NCBI GenBank assembly: GCA_951406725.2
Contig: OX597824.1
Coordinates: 43,028,001-43,092,000, forward strand
Source: Octopus vulgaris
Taxonomy: Eukaryota
DNA: 64,000 nt
Direction: 5' to 3'
Shown one piece after another: positions 1 through 14,604 of this stretch. The notes under the pieces were generated by a model. That model saw only the letters and a list, made by a program, of their open reading frames with translations, did not search any database and was not told the origin of the DNA. Numbering within the stretch: position 1 is the stretch's first letter; each line of letters starts with the position of its first letter. The position numbers and the translations under genes were made by a program.

Positions 1-1914
1 TAGAGCATGGGAGACTTTAAGAGGAATGGCAAGGATATGAGAATGTAGTTTCTCTGCGAAGATCAATATTAGACTATATATCATTAGTAGATCAAGTATT
101 AAAATACTTGCTTGGAATAATTATTGAAAAAGACATAACAATGCACTGGACATCTTAGGTCACAAGTTCGTTTAAGTCTGCATGCCGTAGGGAGAAAAGA
201 AATCTGATCTTTCGAGACTGACCTTTCGGTGGACAGAAAAAATTTTTTTCCAACTCTTCTAGACCAAATTTTGTTTCACCTTTATTTTTCCATAGCTTAA
301 TCAAGAAGAGCAGCGCCTCTGACCTTTTCGACCTTTTGCAGGATACCGAAAACTTAACTAAATTTATGACCTTTACTGCACAATTTTTACTGATGCAGAC
401 CGCTACAAGTTTATTTAAGACCGTTCCTAATATGTTACTATTGAATGTCTTCGTAAATATAAGCTAGTTTACTGAATAAAACCAACCTGTTTAAAAGTAC
501 CACCCTGTAAACAAAGAGAAGTATGTAGGGCCTCCGTCGGTCAATGCAGATCATCTGGCTACACATTTATGCGTAGGCCTGGGCAATACTTCTCTTTTTT
601 TTTTTTCGAAAGGGAAGGTGGTCGAATTGGGTCGACATAGTTTGTCGCTAGTGTGGTCACAGGCATTGCTGTTAGAACACAAAGCATCTACTGCCCCCAA
701 AATATGAAAGACAAAACTAACTTCGCGGGGAAATGAACTGAGAATGAAAGAAAAAAACAAAAACAAATGAACTTTCGATCAAGCGCTCTAACAACTGAGC
801 CAATTCTTGGCCTTAAAGAGAAGAAAAACACTTTAGAATTTCAAACGACCATCCTTGCGAGGAATGAAAATCTATGAAAAACTGTGAAATACATTTACAA
901 AGTTCTTTCCTCCGTTTTCCTTTTCCTGTTTCCATTGTTATCATTATTTTTGTTGTTATTTAATCTCAGCATGACTCCTCTGATCGAAAACAAGTTTATG
1001 ATCAAAAGGATTTCAATCGTGAACATCCTGTCTTCTTTATCCAACGTTTCGTTCTCCTTATAAGTAAGCAGAGCACGATTTGAAGGAGTTATAGTTATTC
1101 TTTCTAGCATGTCGAGACAACAGCAGAGAAAAGGTTCTCCTCACTTCAGAGTCTCTTCCCTGCTGTTGATTAGTTTTCTTTTTCTATTAAGATAAGATAA
1201 TGTTAGAATTCTCTGTTCGGAAGTTTGTTTGTGAAGAGAACAAAAGGCAGAACACATCAGTTTGACACAAAAGCAGCATCTGAAGATTTAAGAGTTCATA
1301 CTCCTTGATTTAACTGCGGAATATGGGCAAGAAAGATTAGATTATACATGTGTATAGACACATGTTAACACACTCACGCATATGTATATATAAATCAATG
1401 ATGTTAATGATTACGTATGTTTTTGTGTGTATGTGAACGCGTTTATGTGTACGATATTATTTATGTATGTATACTCACATATTACAAATACCTTAGATAA
1501 CTGAGTATATACATTATATCATACATGCATAAAATTCATGTATATATATATATATATATATATATCCAAATCAAAATATATATATTTAACAACGTACTTG
1601 TATCATAGACATGGGAATATTATACTGTTTTATCAACGGATACTATTATTCATGCGACGTTATCTAATACGAATGATCCAAAACAGATGTGAGTTTAAGT
1701 AGGGAAATTCCACAAGCTCTTCAAGATAAATTAGTTAACAAATATGTACCTACCCCTACCCCCACCACACACACACATAACAGTGAAACATATGAGTATT
1801 TGACCTTTCAGGTGACATGACAAACTCAGTTTCTAAAATTCTGTCAAACTGAATATATATTTTACTAAATTATATATCTCTCGGGTCAACGAAGGTACCG
1901 TACCGTGTTTAGAA

Positions 1915-2106
1915 TAGTTTCAAATTATGGACAGCAATTTTGAAAGGAGGTGTTAGTCGATTACTTGGAACCCAGCATTCAACTGGTGCTTATCTTATCA
2001 ACTCCGAAAGGATGAAGGGCAAAGTCGGTATTTGAGTTTAGAACGTAAAGAGTCGGAGGAAATGCATTGTGCCCGCCGCGCTGACGATTCTATCAGCTCG
2101 CCGCCT
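1915..2106 (-). mobile_element. Family A SINE, diverged
   Basis: CCGAAAGGATGAAGGGCAAAGTCG core and ACGATTCTATCAGCTCGCCGCC head. Confidence 0.75.
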
Positions 2107-2532
2107 GAAGGTGAATTTAGATCATGTTCTTATATACAAGAGTGAACGCGCATGGCTTAGCGGTTAGGGATGTTAGACTCATGATCGTAAGATTGAGTTC
2201 TCGAGCAAAATACGTCATTTCATGTTACTCCAGTTCACTCGGCTGGAAAAAATGGACAATCCTGCGAATCGATGAAATGAGTACCAGTAGAGCACTAGGG
2301 TCGATGCAATCGACAAGCGTTCTCCCTACGAATTTGAAGCCTTGTACCTATAATAGAAAGGAATAGAAAATATTTATTGTCGATAGTAAAGTTACAGTCA
2401 AGTAATGAATATCAATTACGTGTTTCTTTCTTTCTTTCTTTGTTCCTTTATTTATTTATTTATATATATCTCTTTTTCTCCTTCTCTCTCTCTTTCTCTA
2501 TTTCTTTCATTTTCTCTCTCTCTCTCTCTCTC

Positions 2533-2568
<36 letters not shown>

Positions 2569-3491
2569 AATTGGCAATTACTTCAAAAAGTAACCGAAGG
2601 AAGTCAAACGAGAAATCAACCATTTTCGTATTTACCGAAGAATATATGCGATGGCAATAAGTGCAGTATGGGCGAATTGTTAAAACGTTCGTTTCGCAAC
2701 TACGATCTCCCGATTTCGATCCTACTGTTTGGCATCTAAAGCAAATATAAATTTCTAAATACTCGAGTCGACCCATATCTTGTGCGTGAAACTGGGTGGA
2801 TGGAATCTTTATAAAAGATTGTCTAGTGGAATGTGCCTGCAATTCAAAAGGTACGTTTTGTCACACGCTGTATCCTGCTGATTCCGTCTGAAGATTGCAT
2901 TAAGGATACAGATATCAATGAAGTACTCAGCAATTTATACGTTAATTCACGAGCGGCTGGATCAACTGATCGAACACTTGAATTCTTAATATCGAACGGT
3001 GGAGACCCAAAACCACCACCACCACCACCACCACTACTACTATGCCACTATATTTAACAAAACAGCATTTGACAAGGAAGTCAGCAGATATTCTGTGGTA
3101 TAATGATCCATCTTCCTTTTTTATGTAAAAAAAAAAGTCACACTCTTATCCTACGTTTTATCCTATCCAGCCGCAGTGTTCGGATACGAATTGCCGATCT
3201 CATACCATTCCTCTCTTGCAGTATTCGTTCCAACTCTCTGCGCTGTGGATTCAACTTTCACTGGGGTTAACTTTGCCTTTCATCATTTCGAAGTGGATAA
3301 AGTAACGCTCATGAACTAGTATCGATGATGCTTTCTTTCTTTCTTTCTTTCTTTCTCTCTGCACCTCTCCCTCTTTCTAACCCCACTCTCACAAATGCAT
3401 TTTCAGGATCCACAGCTCAGTCGGGCAAATACTACATTTATAAAGATTTAAATGTTACCAATATAGTCGTAGCAGAATAATATTATAGATA

Positions 3492-3688
3492 CGAGGGTGT
3501 ACCGAAAAGTTCTTGGTCCTGGTTGGAGACCCAACTTTCTGAGTTCTTTCACAGGACTTAGAAAAACTGAAGGATCACTGCAATAAGTGTGTGAATCTGA
3601 GAGAGGAATGTGTCGAATAAAATCATAATTAACTGATCCTTCTGTATGTTCTTTTACATAAAGCCAGGAACTTTTCAGCCTCCCTTCG
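3492..3688 (+). mobile_element. Mariner-derived MITE (about 200 bp)
   Basis: Imperfect TIRs CGAGGGTGTACCGAAAAGTTCTTGG / CCAGGAACTTTTCAGCCTCCCTTCG with TA on each side. Confidence 0.72.
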
Positions 3689-3739
3689 TAGATTGTGCTT
3701 TAGATTTCTGTTCATAGTTAATATCGTTTGAAGCGTTTG

Positions 3740-4166
3740 CTTTACTCTTACTCTTTTTTTTACTCTTTTACTCTTTTTGACTTGTTTCAGTCATTTGACT
3801 GCTGCCATGCTGGAGCACCGCCTTTTAATCGAGCAACTCGACCCCAGGACTTATTCTTTTGTAAGCCCAGTACTTATTCTATCGGTCTCTTTTGCCGAAC
3901 CGCTAAGTAACGAGGACATAAACACATCAGCATCGGTTGTCAAGCAATGCTAGGGGGACAAACACAGACACACAAACACACACACGCATATATATATACA
4001 TATATACGACGGGCTTCTTTCAGTTTCCGTCTACCAAATCCACTTACAAGGCATTGGTCGGCCCGAGGCTATAGTAGAAGACACTTGCCCAAGGTGCCAC
4101 GCAGTGGGACTGAACCCGGAACCATGTGGTTGGTAAACAAGCTACTTACCACACAGCGACTGCTGC
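3740..4166 (-). mobile_element. tRNA-type SINE family B (CORE-like CACCTTGGGCAAGT) with internal microsatellite
   Basis: Reverse complement of the family seen at 31450-31866. Terminal (AAAAGAGT)n-like tail. Confidence 0.85.
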
Positions 4167-5149
4167 GCTTTCTACATTATTCTTTCATCAGATTTTCAAT
4201 AATTTTAATAATCAAGTCAAAATGAAAATGAAAATAGAAGCTAATCAGAATTTTCTCATAGACAGTTAAGTGTAGCTCCTTCAATAGTTGTTACTTTCTG
4301 CAATATAAAGTTAGAAATAATAGATAACAGGTCTCAAGGCAGAAACGATGACAACTATATGCTAAAGAATATAGTTTTCAAAGTCGTTCTCTCCTAAGCC
4401 TGTACCATCAGTATTATATGCACTTTGCACACTTGAAGAATCAATGGATTCAGGGGATTTGTATTTTCAACGGAGTTTATATCTTAAATGATTCTCTGTA
4501 AACTTCCAACAATCTTGTAGTTTACAAAATAAAGGGCCAGGAGTAACCTCCGAATGTTTTGGGTTTAAATCCTTTCATTTTTTCCCCATCTATCTTTCTG
4601 TCTCTCATTCTGGAAGAATTTGGTTGTGACCTGATCAGGAGTGAGGTTAGCTATACACGCCGGATATAACTACGGCGCCGCTACGACACTATCAGAAATC
4701 GAGGACTCAAGACAAAGCAAGGCGTCTTGAAGTCATCACCATTTTTCTTTTGTGAGCCGTTAACGATTATTGTTCTAGTTTAGTTTTCTTTCTTCAACTG
4801 AAATGAAAATTTCAATTAAAATTTGTTTACGTGCGGCGTTCATTAAATCATCCTCTAAATTATTTATCGAAAATGGCTGTGGATAGGGAAGTCGGGAGGC
4901 GGAGATGAAAAAGGAAGAGAGACAAGGAAGTGAAAAGAGTGAACTTCTTCGTCGGTAGGATGATGGAGATATTCACTTCCGCTGCTCGTTAACAAGATTA
5001 ATGGCAGCAACACCATCACTACTACCAACAGCAACACCAGCATCAACTTAGTTGACGGTGGAAAAGGCGACAACGACATCATCACAGTTAACCCTAATAT
5101 CTCGAGCCAACACAGAAGAGTCTGTGTGATCGCTTGTCTCAATAAAAAT

Positions 5150-5375
5150 ATATTTCTTTACTGCCCACAAGGGGCTAAACACAGAGGGGACAAACAAGGA
5201 CAGACAAAGGGATTAAGTCGATTACATCGACCTCAGTGCGTAACTGGTACTTAATTTATCGACCCCGAAAGGATGAAAGGCAAAGTCGACCTCGGCGGAA
5301 TTTGAACTCGAAACGTAACGACAGACGAAATACGGCTACGCATTTCGTCCGGCGTGTTAACGTTTCTGCCAGCTC
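5150..5375 (-). mobile_element. tRNA-type SINE family A, tail type 1
   Basis: Head GAGCTGGCAGAAACGTTA..GAGTTCAAATT (A/B-box-like), core CCTTTCATCCTTTCGGGGTCGATAAATTAAGTACCAG, tail ..GCCCCTTGTGGGCAGTAAAGAAATA. Many copies in the window. Confidence 0.85.
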
Positions 5376-6446
5376 AAAAATAGCAGCTAAAGTTCTCTTA
5401 AATTACACCCCATCAGTAATGTTGTGCTAGGTGTCTGCAGAAAAACAGGAAGATTGGCCGTGGATGGAAGGTATCTGATCGTATGTTTGCACAGACGGGG
5501 TTGACATTGATTTAAATAACAACTGTAACACGAGCAAGTAAATGTCCCTCTATGTTGTTGCTAGACCTACTAGAAATAGTTGTCAAATGCAACACAATTC
5601 AATCCCTCCAATCTTAAAAATGGACAGAAGTGTCCAAATCTTAAATTATTTCTTTTTCTAATTGAAGTGTCGGTTTTTATTTAGGAAACAGACAGGATAA
5701 TTTTAAATCCGTGTTTTATAAACCACTAATTTATACAAACACACACACACACACACACACATACATATAATTGCTGGTTTAATAGTACATGGCATATTAA
5801 GAAACACACAGACGCAGGATCTAGTCTTGCTCATTCGCAAAATGAGCCCCACCCCGTTTATTTTTGCTCAGATTGCTTTCAGTTTAGGTGTATCGATGTA
5901 ACTCTGAATTTACGATTATCCAATTATTTTTTCTCGTAAATTAAAGAATCTGATATTATTTGGAATTAACGTTGGGACATTTGGGTAATTTTAACCAATC
6001 AACAGACAGCGTGGCATTGGCAGCATGTTACCATGACAACCGCACTCTGTGTTGTGGTTCATTGTTGTCTGTGCTGCTGTTGTCTATGTTGATTTTTCAC
6101 GCTTGATTCTTCACAACACGACATTCTTTTCACCCGCCTATTTTGTTTTAATTTTTGTGTGTTAGTATATTACATATTTTACTGTTAGTATTTCTACATA
6201 TTTTTCAATTCAAATATTTTTGGGACTCATTGACTCAGATAACTGGATTTATGAGTTTACTAAGATAATTCAATTCATAAAAATTTTAATTAGAAGTATT
6301 TCTTAAATTGTTAGTTTCATATTTCAATGGCTTCACTGAAATTTAGCCCACTTAACAGGAACTGAGAGGGATATCGCGTGAAACAGAGAAACTGTGGGTG
6401 ATACAGATAATTTGACATTATTTGTTAATTCTGCATGAAAAAAAAC

Positions 6447-6570
6447 ATGTAAGATAGAGGAATTCTTTTCCTTGGGACAAATTCTTGACCAGTGTTATTA
6501 TTATCGTAGTTTACAAATCCAAGCATAAAAATGTTACTCACCTTTGGAGTTTTGGAGACAGACACCCACT

Positions 6571-6625
<55 letters not shown>

Positions 6626-6777
6626 CGCTTATATATTACTGATGTACACGAATACATGACAGGTATACATAATACTGAAATACGCATGAAATAAGCATAA
6701 ACATACTTTGTAAACTACGATAATAATAACACTGGTCAAGAATTTGTCCCAAGGAAAAGAATTCCTCTATCTTACAT
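6447..6777. repeat. 71-bp inverted repeat flanking a 189-bp spacer with (CA)n
   Basis: 6447-6517 is the reverse complement of 6707-6777. Confidence 0.93.
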
Positions 6778-7170
6778 TAATATACCAAATTTAAAAAATA
6801 TAAAATACAATCAATAAAGAGACAAAAGAAACAGTAAGATGATACATGTTAATTTTATTAGGTATTTCTGTTTATTTAGAAACCTACAATGAACAGGTCA
6901 GACGCTAAACTATAAATTTCACAGGGTACTACCTTAAAGTTGACACCGCTCCGCTAAAAACAGAAAAGTTCTCTCTCGCTATTGGCTAAAAATACACAGA
7001 TTTTTAAACCTCTGTAACTTTTTTCTCCAATTCTTTTCTCCACAACATCACACCTTCATAGCAATGAGACTGGAAAGCTACATTATTTAACCGATTTTCA
7101 GATTTTTTACTTCCTTTTAAAAAAATGCATATTTTGCGAATGAAAAAAACTAGATCCCAGATGCACACAA

Positions 7171-7216
<46 letters not shown>

Positions 7217-7983
7217 TGTATCAAGAGGCTATATTTCTTGAAAACTATTTCTGCAATGCTGTTTATTCTGATAACAAACCTTTATCATTCTTGTAGAGAC
7301 ATTTGGTCGACCCAAGTGAAGACACACAAATACTTTGTTGGTGACTTCACGTTGTATGCTAGAAATATAACCAATATTAAAACAGGTTTGACACTGTCAT
7401 GTCCCTTTGTGAAGTTTCTCTGAGACAAAACATTATCGCTAGTACTGTTCCACGTTTGTATACACATTATAAATATCATACACACTGGTATAACATATTT
7501 TAAGTGCATATATTAGCTTTCGCACGAACCAGTAAGTGGTTATTTTACTGGTTTCTAAACCGGAACAACCATTTTCTGTTTAGCAAGAGCATCCAGATTA
7601 TTCGTCCCTAAGGAGATCAAAGCAGGGCGGAACACAGTACCTGGCATTCCACCGGCGTTCTGAGAGAAGCCCTGTAATTTTTTAAACTCACACAAATCTC
7701 TTTGCGAAGTTTCTCTGAAACTAAATATTACAGACGGTGAAGTTGCTCGTTTGTATACACATTGTGCAGTTACATTCGAAAATGTAACTGTATGCACAAT
7801 ATACACTTACATTTTCAAAAAATACTAATACAGTTTGTCCTATAAATACAAACTTTATTTTCACCAACGGATTAACTATTTTTCCAATGTCCGACAACGA
7901 ATGGAGAAGAATATGTTTTGCAATTAAGAACAGGGAATGTTAAACTCGGCGTTTACTGCGTATAATAAATCAGTTGCCAACAG

Positions 7984-8238
7984 CAGTGGTTTCTCAACCA
8001 TCTTTTGCTTATGGATTCCTTTGGTTCTTATTTTATTGAACTAGACCTTCATAAACATTCGATGTATGTAAAAGAAATCCGACCGTATTTTTATAATCAA
8101 ATATTAGTAGAAACTGTATTAAAAAATATATATTTTGTGCATTGTAGAAGTATAAGCAAATGATAGTACATGAATTTTAACAACAAAATCTTAGATGGGA
8201 CCCCAAGGACCATACTGGAGTCCCGTTGAGAACCACTG
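7984..8238. mobile_element. hAT (Charlie-like) MITE
   Basis: TIRs CAGTGGTTTCTCAAC / GTTGAGAACCACTG. The 8-bp flanks GCCAACAG / GCCTACTG match 6/8, consistent with an aged target-site duplication (TSD). Confidence 0.72.
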
Positions 8239-8943
8239 GCCTACTGTATCATCAAAACTGACTCTACATAGTTTGGGTTCGAATCTGTAGTCCACAGTAT
8301 ATTTCAAATTTGGCTTATGATAGAACACAGATCAATACTACACAATATTTTCGAAATTTGGCCGGCGATTTGACAGCTCACCATATTTTCGAAAATTTTG
8401 CCTACAGTTGGATACTAGATGAGATCCAAGTCATTGATATAAAAATTCAGGAAATTACTCTCTTCTATCACAAACTTTCGCATCAATATTGATATTGACT
8501 GCTTTTTCATCTAAAACAAAGAGACTGAAAAAATTAATATTTGTTGAACCAATATTCCAATATCTTATGAATCACCAAGCGTATTAGCAAAACATAAAAA
8601 CCATATAGGAATACTGGAAACAAAAACCAGAAAGTTATGCATAGTTATATTCACAATAAAGCTCCAGGATGATAAGATACACATAAGGAAAGCAGTAAAT
8701 CCTGAACCAGGCGGCGGTGCATTAACTCTCGATTTGAGTGTTATGTTCTTGAAATGTAGGAACAGAATACTTATATCTCTTGCACAACAGAGATAAAAAA
8801 AAAGTAGAAGATACACTTGGATGTTATAATCAATGGAGTCAGTGAAACGTTAGTGTTGAAAATATGAATATACATACATAAATCTACATAAACACTCGCA
8901 CGCACAAATATATACACTCATATATATATACATATTTTATCTA

Positions 8944-9013
<70 letters not shown>

Positions 9014-9575
9014 CCTACCTACCAACCTACCTATCTATTTGACTGTCTGTCTATATTTATCTATCTATATGTGACATGTAGTCATCGTCTTATCTTCTTT
9101 TTCATGCCAACTTCCCGGGCACGCGGTCCCATTTTCTCTCGTCTCGCACTTTATTCACATGTCGTTGTCTTTCTGTTAATCCTTTAGGATATTCTCCCAG
9201 CGTTGACTATTTTGCTCTCCCGTCTGCTTGTTTATTTATTTTAGTTCGTATGCTCACAGGTGTCCTGTTTGTTTTCGCTTCTCTCCCTCGTCCGTCTCGT
9301 CTTGAATTATATTTATTCCACACATGTATGTTAACATTCTGTATTGCATAGTTGTATATTCCTTGTCTAGTTATTCCTTTTCTATCTTGTTTCTTGGCTT
9401 GCCAATTCCCGGCGGCGTTTTTGCCGTTAGCGTCACCAGACGGGGATTCGATATTATCGTTAAGGCACGAAATTGCCTTTGACCTTCTGGCCGATAACTG
9501 TTGAGGAGTTGGCGATCTTCTGTGCCTGTTTCCCGTTTGTTTGTGAATTTATAATGTCTTTAACTTATCTATCTT

Positions 9576-9682
<107 letters not shown>

Positions 9683-9988
9683 GTATCTATGTATGCATGT
9701 AACATTCAACAATTAACAGCTATTATTGATGCGTTGAAATAATGCTAGTGATTTGTAATAAACACTGTTCAATCTATCCCGCATTAGAATATAAGTATGT
9801 ACGCATATATATATACATACATACACACACATATATATATATATACATATAAAGATGCGCATATGTACGTAAATACATACATAATACATACATACATACA
9901 TGCATGCATACATACATACATACATACATACATACATGCATGCATGCATACATACATACATACATACATACATACATACATACATACA

Positions 9989-10022
<34 letters not shown>

Positions 10023-10189
10023 CAAATGTAATAAAGCTGTGCTGTCATAAGAGAGAAAACACGGCAGAAACTTTGATTACAGGAAAATATTCGACTCTAT
10101 TTCCCACTGATGATTGCTGAACTTTCTGCTCTTACCGAAAATAACTGCTACATTAGTTGCTGTTGTTGAAATGCCCACAATTATCTAGG

Positions 10190-11790
10190 CAACAATCCTC
10201 TCACTTCTGAGAGCGGAACGATTGTCTCTGTTGTTATATTTCAAAGGGAATATTCTGTTCTTTGGCTTTAAATCCGTTACCATTACTTTTATGAAAATCT
10301 ATTGGCTACACACTAGGGTGCGCAACTGTTAAAGATATCGATGTAACCCAAAATTTGTTTGTGGATGACCTGAAGACCTACTCTGAAAGTGATTACAATA
10401 CAAAAAGAAAAAGATCACAAAAACAAAACAACTGGTGTAAATAACATTTTGAACTGATATGGGAATGGAATTTACTAAAAGAAGTGTTAGTATTTCCTTT
10501 ATGAGCATGGAAAAATCAGTCTCTCAAACTCCAAACCTGAGCTTCAATGATCTCTTTATCTTTCCTATTCCATACAAAGAATGTTGCAAATATCTGGCAT
10601 CGATGAAAATATATCAAACGAAGGTACTGTGAGAAAAAGTAGAGAGAAACGAGAATATTGATGTCAGGCTTAAAGAAAAAAACACGGTAGTTGGAACTCA
10701 CCTCGTACAATAAGACAAATATATCACAATGCATTTGCATCCAACATTTGGCATATTTAATTCAGGAAATCTGCTTGCTCCTTAGATATTAAACCTTGCA
10801 AGATCCTAACATCAGCTGGAAACTTCCACAGTAATAGTGATATCGACAGGGTTTGCGTAAGAAAAGAAGAAGGAGGTAGAGACTTGAGATCAGTTCAAAT
10901 AAGCTTCAAGTGTTGTATGGTATTTCTCAGACAGCTTCTGCTAAACAACAGTAGAAAAGAAGTATGTAAAACTAGTGCCGAAAAGCGACGACGTCCCTTA
11001 GAACCCCTAAGCAACAGAAGTAACACGCAAAGAGAAGCTGGGTATGGGACGCTCAGCGTGCAGTAACTACGCCTGGATATTTTCCCGAACACCTGAAAAT
11101 GACACTAATATCGCCATGACGTGAAACAATCCTTGGACTCGCGATTGCCGCCTTACACTGTACTTCGAAGGCTATGCGTTTGCAATCCGAGAGCAGGAGT
11201 CCACTACAAAATACCAAATAAAGAAAAGAAATAGTGAAGCCCTTGAAATCCCAAGATGCAACTGAAAAAATGTCGATAATGTCACATTTCTGTGGAAGAC
11301 ATAAAATGTAATCAAGCAGCTGCAGAAAAAATATCATCAAGTTACTGCCTCCCAATGCGACATGACATTGTCGCCAAAATAATATACAATACCATAAGAA
11401 ATAAAATGAATGTGCTGAGATAAAGAGCGAATCCGCCAGTTATTGAATACATACATACAGATCAACACAAGGAATATTGGTGAAACATTCCCATTAAAGC
11501 TTTTACCAAACAGGCTGGATATAATTGTTTGGGAGAGACAATAAGTTGTATGTACTGCTATAAAGGCTCACTATCCTACTGATGTGATTATCTCATCGAA
11601 AATTCGGTGCAATTACTTTAAAATATCCAACTTATCTAACCTGATTATAAATTCACATTATTTACGAGTGTATTTAGTAAATGTCTACGTGACAATCTGG
11701 AAAACCCAGGGTTTTCAGAAAAAAAAGCAATCAACCAGCTATAAATACAATTTGTAAGTACAAAACTTTTCTCAAGTTCAACATATGACA
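10190..11790 (+). mobile_element. R4/Dong-like non-LTR retrotransposon relic (RT to C-terminus), heavily degraded
   Basis: Fragments LFVDDLKTY, DMGMEF, NFHSNSDIDRVCVRKEEGGR, IREQESTTKY and MRHDIVAK occur in the expected order. Confidence 0.75.
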
Positions 11791-12123
11791 TTGCTTTTGT
11801 TATCTACGTTTCAGTGATGGAGATTCATGTCTTTTGCAGAAACCAGCTCCTTCCTTGAAGGAAGACTTCACAAAATTGAAACTAGAAGAGAGCACACGTA
11901 CATAGTCATTTAATGACTATGATGTATGACTCCTAAGGAAGAAAGTTTGTTTCTAGGTTATGAAAGGTGAAGAAAATATTACTGAAGAAAGAACATTCAC
12001 ACTGTTACAAATAAAATAAAATAGACAGATGCAGGCGCAAACATATATTTCTCACTGGTATGTATATATACATACAAACATATGTATACATATGCATACA
12101 AACACAAGTGTATGCACATATAC

Positions 12124-12160
<37 letters not shown>

Positions 12161-12484
12161 CATTCATACATACATTCATATGTATGTGTGTTTATATATA
12201 TATATATAAATATATATATACACACACACATTCAGACATACATATATATGTGTGTGTGCATATATCTATGTATGTATATATATATATAGAGAGAGAGACA
12301 CACACACACATACATATGGTAAAATAACTCTGGACTAAGTCCAGATCACAGCATAATTATAGATTCACGCAGTGGGACTTAGTCTACTTGCACAACGAAG
12401 TTCTCATACGTTACCCATTTATTTTGATGCTGTTTGCAAATAGCAAAGGTTCAGTTTTATTGATTCCTGATTTCAAAATTGTGC

Positions 12485-12523
<39 letters not shown>

Positions 12524-12663
12524 ATTGTGGCAGAAAATTCTAGAAAAACAACAGAAGCAAGACCAAAAATACATAGAAATAAACACACGTAGAGAAACAC
12601 ACTCACACACACACGCACAAATAGATACATACATACATACATACATACATACACACACATGGT

Positions 12664-12714
<51 letters not shown>

Positions 12715-13919
12715 TCATATTTATGTACAGTAAATCAAACAAACCAAGAAATAAACAAGCTAAACAATAACCAAGTTTGGCACATGTCCAAACATTTGTA
12801 TAGAGAAATAGGGTGAGTCTAGTCCTAATCGATCAGTCTCCAATACATGACTGGTATTTTGTGTTAACGATACTAGGTCGAAACTAGATGCTGTAAGGGA
12901 TTTTTATCGCTATTACCTTCCTCCCTCCCTCCATTTATTCATCTCTCCATACATTCATGTATAAATGCATGCATACATTCAACCATACATGCAGAACGAC
13001 ACCTAAATATCTGCAAATACACATGCAATAAAACATAATTGAAATGTACTAATCACAAATTTGGTAGCCCCACCACAGGTGATAAACCACAGCTAATAGA
13101 GCCAGTTCACTCAACATCACTGTAACCTTGAAACTGGTACATTACAAATATCCATGAGCATGTAAAGGGTCACATTGAACGAGCCATCTCCCACGTCCAC
13201 TGGCTGATCATAAATTAAACTAATGCCGTGTTTACGAACAGTCTATCGTTTCAATATTGCAGAAAATGGAGCTCATTTCCTTGTCAAATGATAACTTTCT
13301 ACATTTTCCTTTATTTTGTCCAGTAACTCTATCAGTTCTTCGTTATTTTTCTTTTTTTTTAATTTTGACATTACTGTTGTACAAAGAACTGTGAATTTCA
13401 TATAGGACCGGGATGAGTGAAATGCGCTCCCCTTCAAAATATTCCCTTGCCTTCTTTTGAAGCATATTTATAATTTGAAAAGAGGGTGATTTTTTTCGTT
13501 TCATGCATCTTTCGCTGTCTCCAGCAGTCGGTCTCAACTGCTTGATTTCCATCTCCTCTCCATTTTCGCTATACGATGAAGGGGTACTGCTGGTTTATAG
13601 CCTGGACAAGGAAGTTACGTGACAACAAGATCAGTTTTCAAATAGAGAACAAGATGAATACTTCCGACGTTTCCGGTGATGCCCCTGGTGGTTCACCGGC
13701 AACAGCAACCCCTCGTGGCCTGCTAGTGCAGTTTCCATTGTATTTTCATTTTAGCTTGGTCAGCTTCTATTGGAAGATAATACTTAAAGGACCTTTACTT
13801 TCACGTCACGTGTGTAGCTGTTGGGATTTCGGCCATAAAACTACCACGCTTAAAACTTTTGTTTCTGCATTCGTTACAGAATACAATTACGGAATCTTTT
13901 CTGATCTTAGATTATTTTA

Positions 13920-14547
13920 TTCAGGAATAAGGCCAACGATTTTGAGGGGAAGGGATTAATGTATACCTTCGACACCGTTACTTAACTGGTACTTTATCTC
14001 TTCGTCCCTCGAAAGGATGTAAAGCAAAGATGACCAAGATGGGATTTGAACTCCGAACGTCAAAAACTGGAAGAAAATGCCGCATGGCATAATAACCCGT
14101 TCTACTATAGCCACAAGGCCTGAAATTTTAGGGGCGGGGTTAAGTCGATTACATCGACCCAAGTATTTCACTGGTACTTAATTTATCGACCCCGAAAGGA
14201 TGAAAGGCAAAGTCGACTTCAGCGGAATTTGAACTCAGAACGTACAGACAGATGAAACGCAGCTTAGTATATTGCCCGGCGTGCTAACGATTCTACCAGC
14301 TCGCCGCCTTTATAATAATAATAACAATAATAATAATAATAATAATGCCTTCTATTATGGGCACAAGGCCTGAAATTTGTGAGGAGGGGCTAAGTCGATT
14401 ACATCGACCCCAGTGTTTCACTAGTACTTAATTTATCGATCTCGAAAGGATGAGAGGCAAAGTCGACGTCGGCGGAATTTGAACTCAGAACGTAGCGACG
14501 GGCGAAATACCACTAAGCATATCTCCCGGTGTGCTAACGATTCTGCC

Positions 14548-14548
<1 letters not shown>
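13920..14548 (-). mobile_element. Three tandem family A SINE copies (about 13920-14090, 14100-14310, 14345-14548), tail type 2
   Basis: Core GACCCCGAAAGGATGAAAGGCAAAGTCGAC-like repeated three times in the same orientation, partly separated by (TAA)n. Confidence 0.85.

Positions 14549-14602
<54 letters not shown>

Positions 14603-14604
<2 letters not shown>

Noticed and set aside
9425-9480. CAGACGG..GAAA segment considered as a hammerhead
   Set aside because: The core and stems are too degenerate to support.
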